Shown here in pieces: positions 61,801-64,000 of a stretch of 64,000 nucleotides of DNA. The notes beneath the pieces are model-generated. The model saw only the letters and a list, made by a program, of their open reading frames with translations. It was not told where the DNA came from and made no database searches. Every line of letters starts with the position of its first letter. Positions within the stretch are counted from its first letter, which is position 1. This stretch comes from an uncultured Verrucomicrobiae bacterium (GTDB taxonomy: Bacteria > Verrucomicrobiota > Verrucomicrobiia > Chthoniobacterales > JAFAMB01): positions 416,001-480,000 of the forward strand of contig CAVXLD010000005.1 in assembly GCA_963762565.1 (NCBI GenBank), in the 5' to 3' direction. The position numbers and the translations under genes are program-made.

Positions 61801-63733
61801 TGCCGATGGCATCGGAGAAATAGTGGCAGATTTTATCTCGGAACGAGGACAAGAATGTGTCCTAGTTTCACCAGCCCAAGAGTATCAGTTTGGAAAAGGA
61901 ACCAGGGCGAAAATCGATCCGCTGCGGCCGAAAGACTTCGAGCGTCTGTTTTTAGAAGCGAGTGAGGCTCACATGTGCCCCCTCAACGGCGTTTTGAACT
62001 TATGGCCCGGGAACGAGCAAATCGGGACCGAAACAACGGCAACCGAATGGGAAGCGGCGCAACAGCGCGTGGCTGCTGGAGTGCTTCATGCCACGCAGGC
62101 GTTTCTTGCTCTTCCCTCTTACTCCTCCTCGAGAGACGCCCGCATTTGGATCGTCACTCGTGGAGGACAACCAGTCCCGTTTGAGGGCAGCTCAAGCGAT
62201 CGTGTTTCCGAGCCCATACAGGCTCTCGCCTGGGGTCTGGCTCGCGTGATTTCCTTAGAACATCCCGGGCGGTTTGGCGCCATTATTGATCTTGATCCCG
62301 TTACTGCGGGCCGGGAGTCGGCTGCCGCTCTCTGGAGCGAGATTGAGCTTGGCGACGATGAAGATGCCGTCGCTTATCGAGACGGGCAGCGGTTCTTGCC
62401 CCGCCTGGTTCACACCGAAAGACCACCAGCAAAACCATTTTCTCTTAGCAGTCGTGGGTCTTACGTCGTCACCGGCGGATTAGGAGGCCTTGGACTGTTG
62501 ATCACGGAGTGGTTGGCGGCCCGCGGCGCAGGCCAAATCGTGCTAGTTTCGCGACGGGCTTTTCCCGACCGCAGGCTCTGGTCGGATTTGCCTACGGATG
62601 ATCCGCATCGAGCAGTTGTTCAGACCATTATTAGAGCAGAAAAGTTGGGGTCAAAAGTCACCGTTGAACAAGGCGATGTAGGTAACGAAGAAGCGATGCG
62701 CGTGATTTTAGATCCCTTCTCCAAAGCGGATTTTCCGTTACGTGGGATCATCCATTGTGCCATGGATATGACCGGTTATTCTATCCGTGATCTGGACCTC
62801 GAAGCGTTTCGAAAAATGTGCCACCCGAAGGCTCTCGGCGCGTGGGTACTTCACAGGCTGACGAGCGAAATGGACCTGGATTTCTTCATACTTTTCTCTT
62901 CGATCACGGCTCTATGGGGGGCGAGCGGTTTGGGCCATTACGCCGCAGCTAACCAAACGCTGGATTCATTGGCGAATTGGCGGAGAAGACGCGGGCTGCC
63001 AGCGTTATCCGTCAATTGGGGAACCTGGGACGAGATGCGCGTCGCGACTAAAGCGGATAAAGAACTGTTCGAGCGAGCGGGCCTTCGCCCAATGCCTGCT
63101 GCCCGGGCTTTAGCTGCCTTGGAGCGGTTGATTCAGAATCATACCGGGACGGCGGACCACAGCTCGGCGGTGGCTTCAGCCGTGGTTGCATCGGTCGATT
63201 GGGAGGCGCTTCGAGGCGTTTACGAAGCGCGTCGCGCGCGTCCTATCTTTTCAGAGATACAATCCCAGCGCGCAGAATTCCAGAAGAGTCGTATCGAGAG
63301 ATTATCCATATCAAGACCTGATTTCCTCGGTCAGTTGCGAAGGGCACCGGCTTCGCGCCGTCGGGAGATTTTAGTTGCACAGCTGCGTTCGCTCGCCGGC
63401 GAGGTGCTGGGGTTCGAGCCCTGTCGTGAAATTGATCTGGAGCAGGGCCTTTTCGATATGGGAATGGATTCTCTGATGGCAGTTGAGCTAAAGGGACGTT
63501 TAGAACGGAGTTTGGACCTTCAACTTTCTTCGAGCGTCATGTTTGACTATCCAAATATCAGAGCGCTGACTGACTATATTCTTACCGAGGCATTCGATTC
63601 CGAACCGTTTAAGGAAACGACTGGAGCGCTATCCAACGGTGCTCAAGCTCTATCGGATATCGAAGCGTTAAATGACGCTAGCGAAGACGAGATCGCTAAC
63701 CTACTTCTGACCAGGCTGGAACAGCTCAAATGA
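58814..63733 (+). CDS. Type I PKS: KS-AT(malonyl)-KR-ACP
   Basis: DTACSSS; GHSVG and HAFH; KR YAAAN; ACP GMDSL; start at MSQSQ. Confidence 0.95.
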   Translation: MSQSQASREQLSPLKRAILELRELRAKLEGADRSQREPIAIIGMGFRLPGGAHEESSLWRILSDGIDVITEIPGDRWDLEAYYDPDPDMPGKMNCRHGAFLSGVDRFDAEFFGISPREAASMDPQHRLLLETSWQALENAAIAPASLRDTKMGAFVGVSTNDYGRMVYDDEEGIDAYSTVGNSYSAAAGRLSYFFGVHGPSMAIDTACSSSLVAVHQACRSLRQGECNLALAAGVNVILTPQANINFCKSRMLASDGRCKTFDASADGYVRGEGCAVLVLKPLSSALASGDRILAVIRGSAVNQDGRSGGLTAPNGPAQEAVIREALVAADVVPHEVSYLEAHGTGTSLGDPIEVRAACAVLCKDRSPDQPLAIGSIKTNIGHLEAAAGIAGLLKVILAFQHKLIPANLHLKKKNPYIDWDRWPIVIPTALTPWNPANGRRIAGVSSFGFSGTNAHVIVSEPPPAEISSELPGQNAVQLSATPVQLLPLSARNESALLELAGRYQQLFSKNPNLQLADVCHTAGIGRSHFEYRLAMVAADLPEAEERLAAFLSDRKDRGFSGRRIKSVTPGVVFMFSGQGSQYPGMARELFETQPVFRRELEKCAEILKPLFPVPLLELFFADDSQSRDENKENLLSQTQYTQPVLFALEYALATMWRSWGVEPVTVLGHSVGEYVAACVAGVFSLEDGLQLIAERGRLIGALPAGGMMAAVSADESRVAKAIQARGSRVAVACINGPANVVVSGESEEIESLLSALKDEGVHSRSLVVSHAFHSELMDPILDSFVRAAAKVRYSEPLIPIVSNVTGRLVTPGLMSNPEYWRGHIRKPVQFAGSIRFLRETGQSVFLEIGPQPVLSVMARATAPETDVVWAMSLNRSQKNWESLLEAASTLYVHGIDLDWRCLPTTRKGKPISLPTYPFQRSRFWLENRKPHDDTVAPVAGSDAESWFYCLEWRAQRPLAMAAGRGGIGRADFTSAVMGEDKSKKISHGFWIVLGDADGIGEIVADFISERGQECVLVSPAQEYQFGKGTRAKIDPLRPKDFERLFLEASEAHMCPLNGVLNLWPGNEQIGTETTATEWEAAQQRVAAGVLHATQAFLALPSYSSSRDARIWIVTRGGQPVPFEGSSSDRVSEPIQALAWGLARVISLEHPGRFGAIIDLDPVTAGRESAAALWSEIELGDDEDAVAYRDGQRFLPRLVHTERPPAKPFSLSSRGSYVVTGGLGGLGLLITEWLAARGAGQIVLVSRRAFPDRRLWSDLPTDDPHRAVVQTIIRAEKLGSKVTVEQGDVGNEEAMRVILDPFSKADFPLRGIIHCAMDMTGYSIRDLDLEAFRKMCHPKALGAWVLHRLTSEMDLDFFILFSSITALWGASGLGHYAAANQTLDSLANWRRRRGLPALSVNWGTWDEMRVATKADKELFERAGLRPMPAARALAALERLIQNHTGTADHSSAVASAVVASVDWEALRGVYEARRARPIFSEIQSQRAEFQKSRIERLSISRPDFLGQLRRAPASRRREILVAQLRSLAGEVLGFEPCREIDLEQGLFDMGMDSLMAVELKGRLERSLDLQLSSSVMFDYPNIRALTDYILTEAFDSEPFKETTGALSNGAQALSDIEALNDASEDEIANLLLTRLEQLK

Positions 63734-63844
63734 TAGGGTCGGCCTTACGTACCAAATTAGCGCATTTCGTTGTCTCCGTGCTCCGAGACAGCTCGATAGT
63801 TAAAGCTGCTTATCGGTAGCAGGGCTCCTGACGCGCTACATCGC

Positions 63845-63881
63845 TGGCCGCCGCACATCTGTGTGGTGGCCATTTTTTTTT
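63845..63881 (+). terminator. Intrinsic terminator after the last PKS
   Basis: Stem TGGCCGCCGCACA / TGTGTGGTGGCCA followed by a T9 run. Confidence 0.75.
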
Positions 63882-64000
63882 GCAGAATCGCAGAATCGTC
63901 AGTGTCCTGCTACATAAAGCCTCGTGTCTTTGCTGATTTTCGCACGTCTTCCAGTGGCAGAAGCCGGATTCCTAGCGCAAGCTGTCTATATGCCTCGGGG

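Noticed and set aside
3490..63374. Many antisense or overlapping ORFs inside long genes (e.g. 4122-4898, 11714-12451, 43448-44173)
   Set aside because: Shadow ORFs typical of GC-rich coding sequence

Overview
Bacterial accessory region in two parts, split by a 3' tRNA-Lys(CTT) fragment at ~33530-33573 that looks like an island att site. Left part (1-33.5 kb): the end of glgX, a doubly frameshifted MFS gene, a LysR regulator, an RND efflux pair, NDH-2, an epimerase, a luciferase-like (DUF5519-like) gene, an SgcJ/NTF2 plus Pro/Gly-rich secreted pair, and a dense signalling cluster (wHTH-TolB-like-TPR regulator, pseudo-receiver, Ser/Thr kinase-AAA-GAF-PAS-His kinase, two more kinases, FixJ/NarL regulators, a four-helix-bundle gene). 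Right part (33.8-63.9 kb): a DUF4038 hydrolase and an apparently complete ~28 kb hybrid PKS-NRPS cluster (PPTase, 3 PKS, a 2-module NRPS with Gly-type codes, ABC-2 exporter), with an ops-like site before the first PKS and an intrinsic terminator at the end. The main unannotated signals are non-coding: a ~180-bp composite element upstream of four co-oriented transcription units, a 21-bp motif upstream of three regulator loci, inverted heptamer arrays around the four-helix-bundle gene, and a MITE pair. The repeats and gene content suggest a soil Verrucomicrobiota/Acidobacteriota-like host, but this is a weak inference. All domain calls come from recognising motifs by eye, not from database searches.
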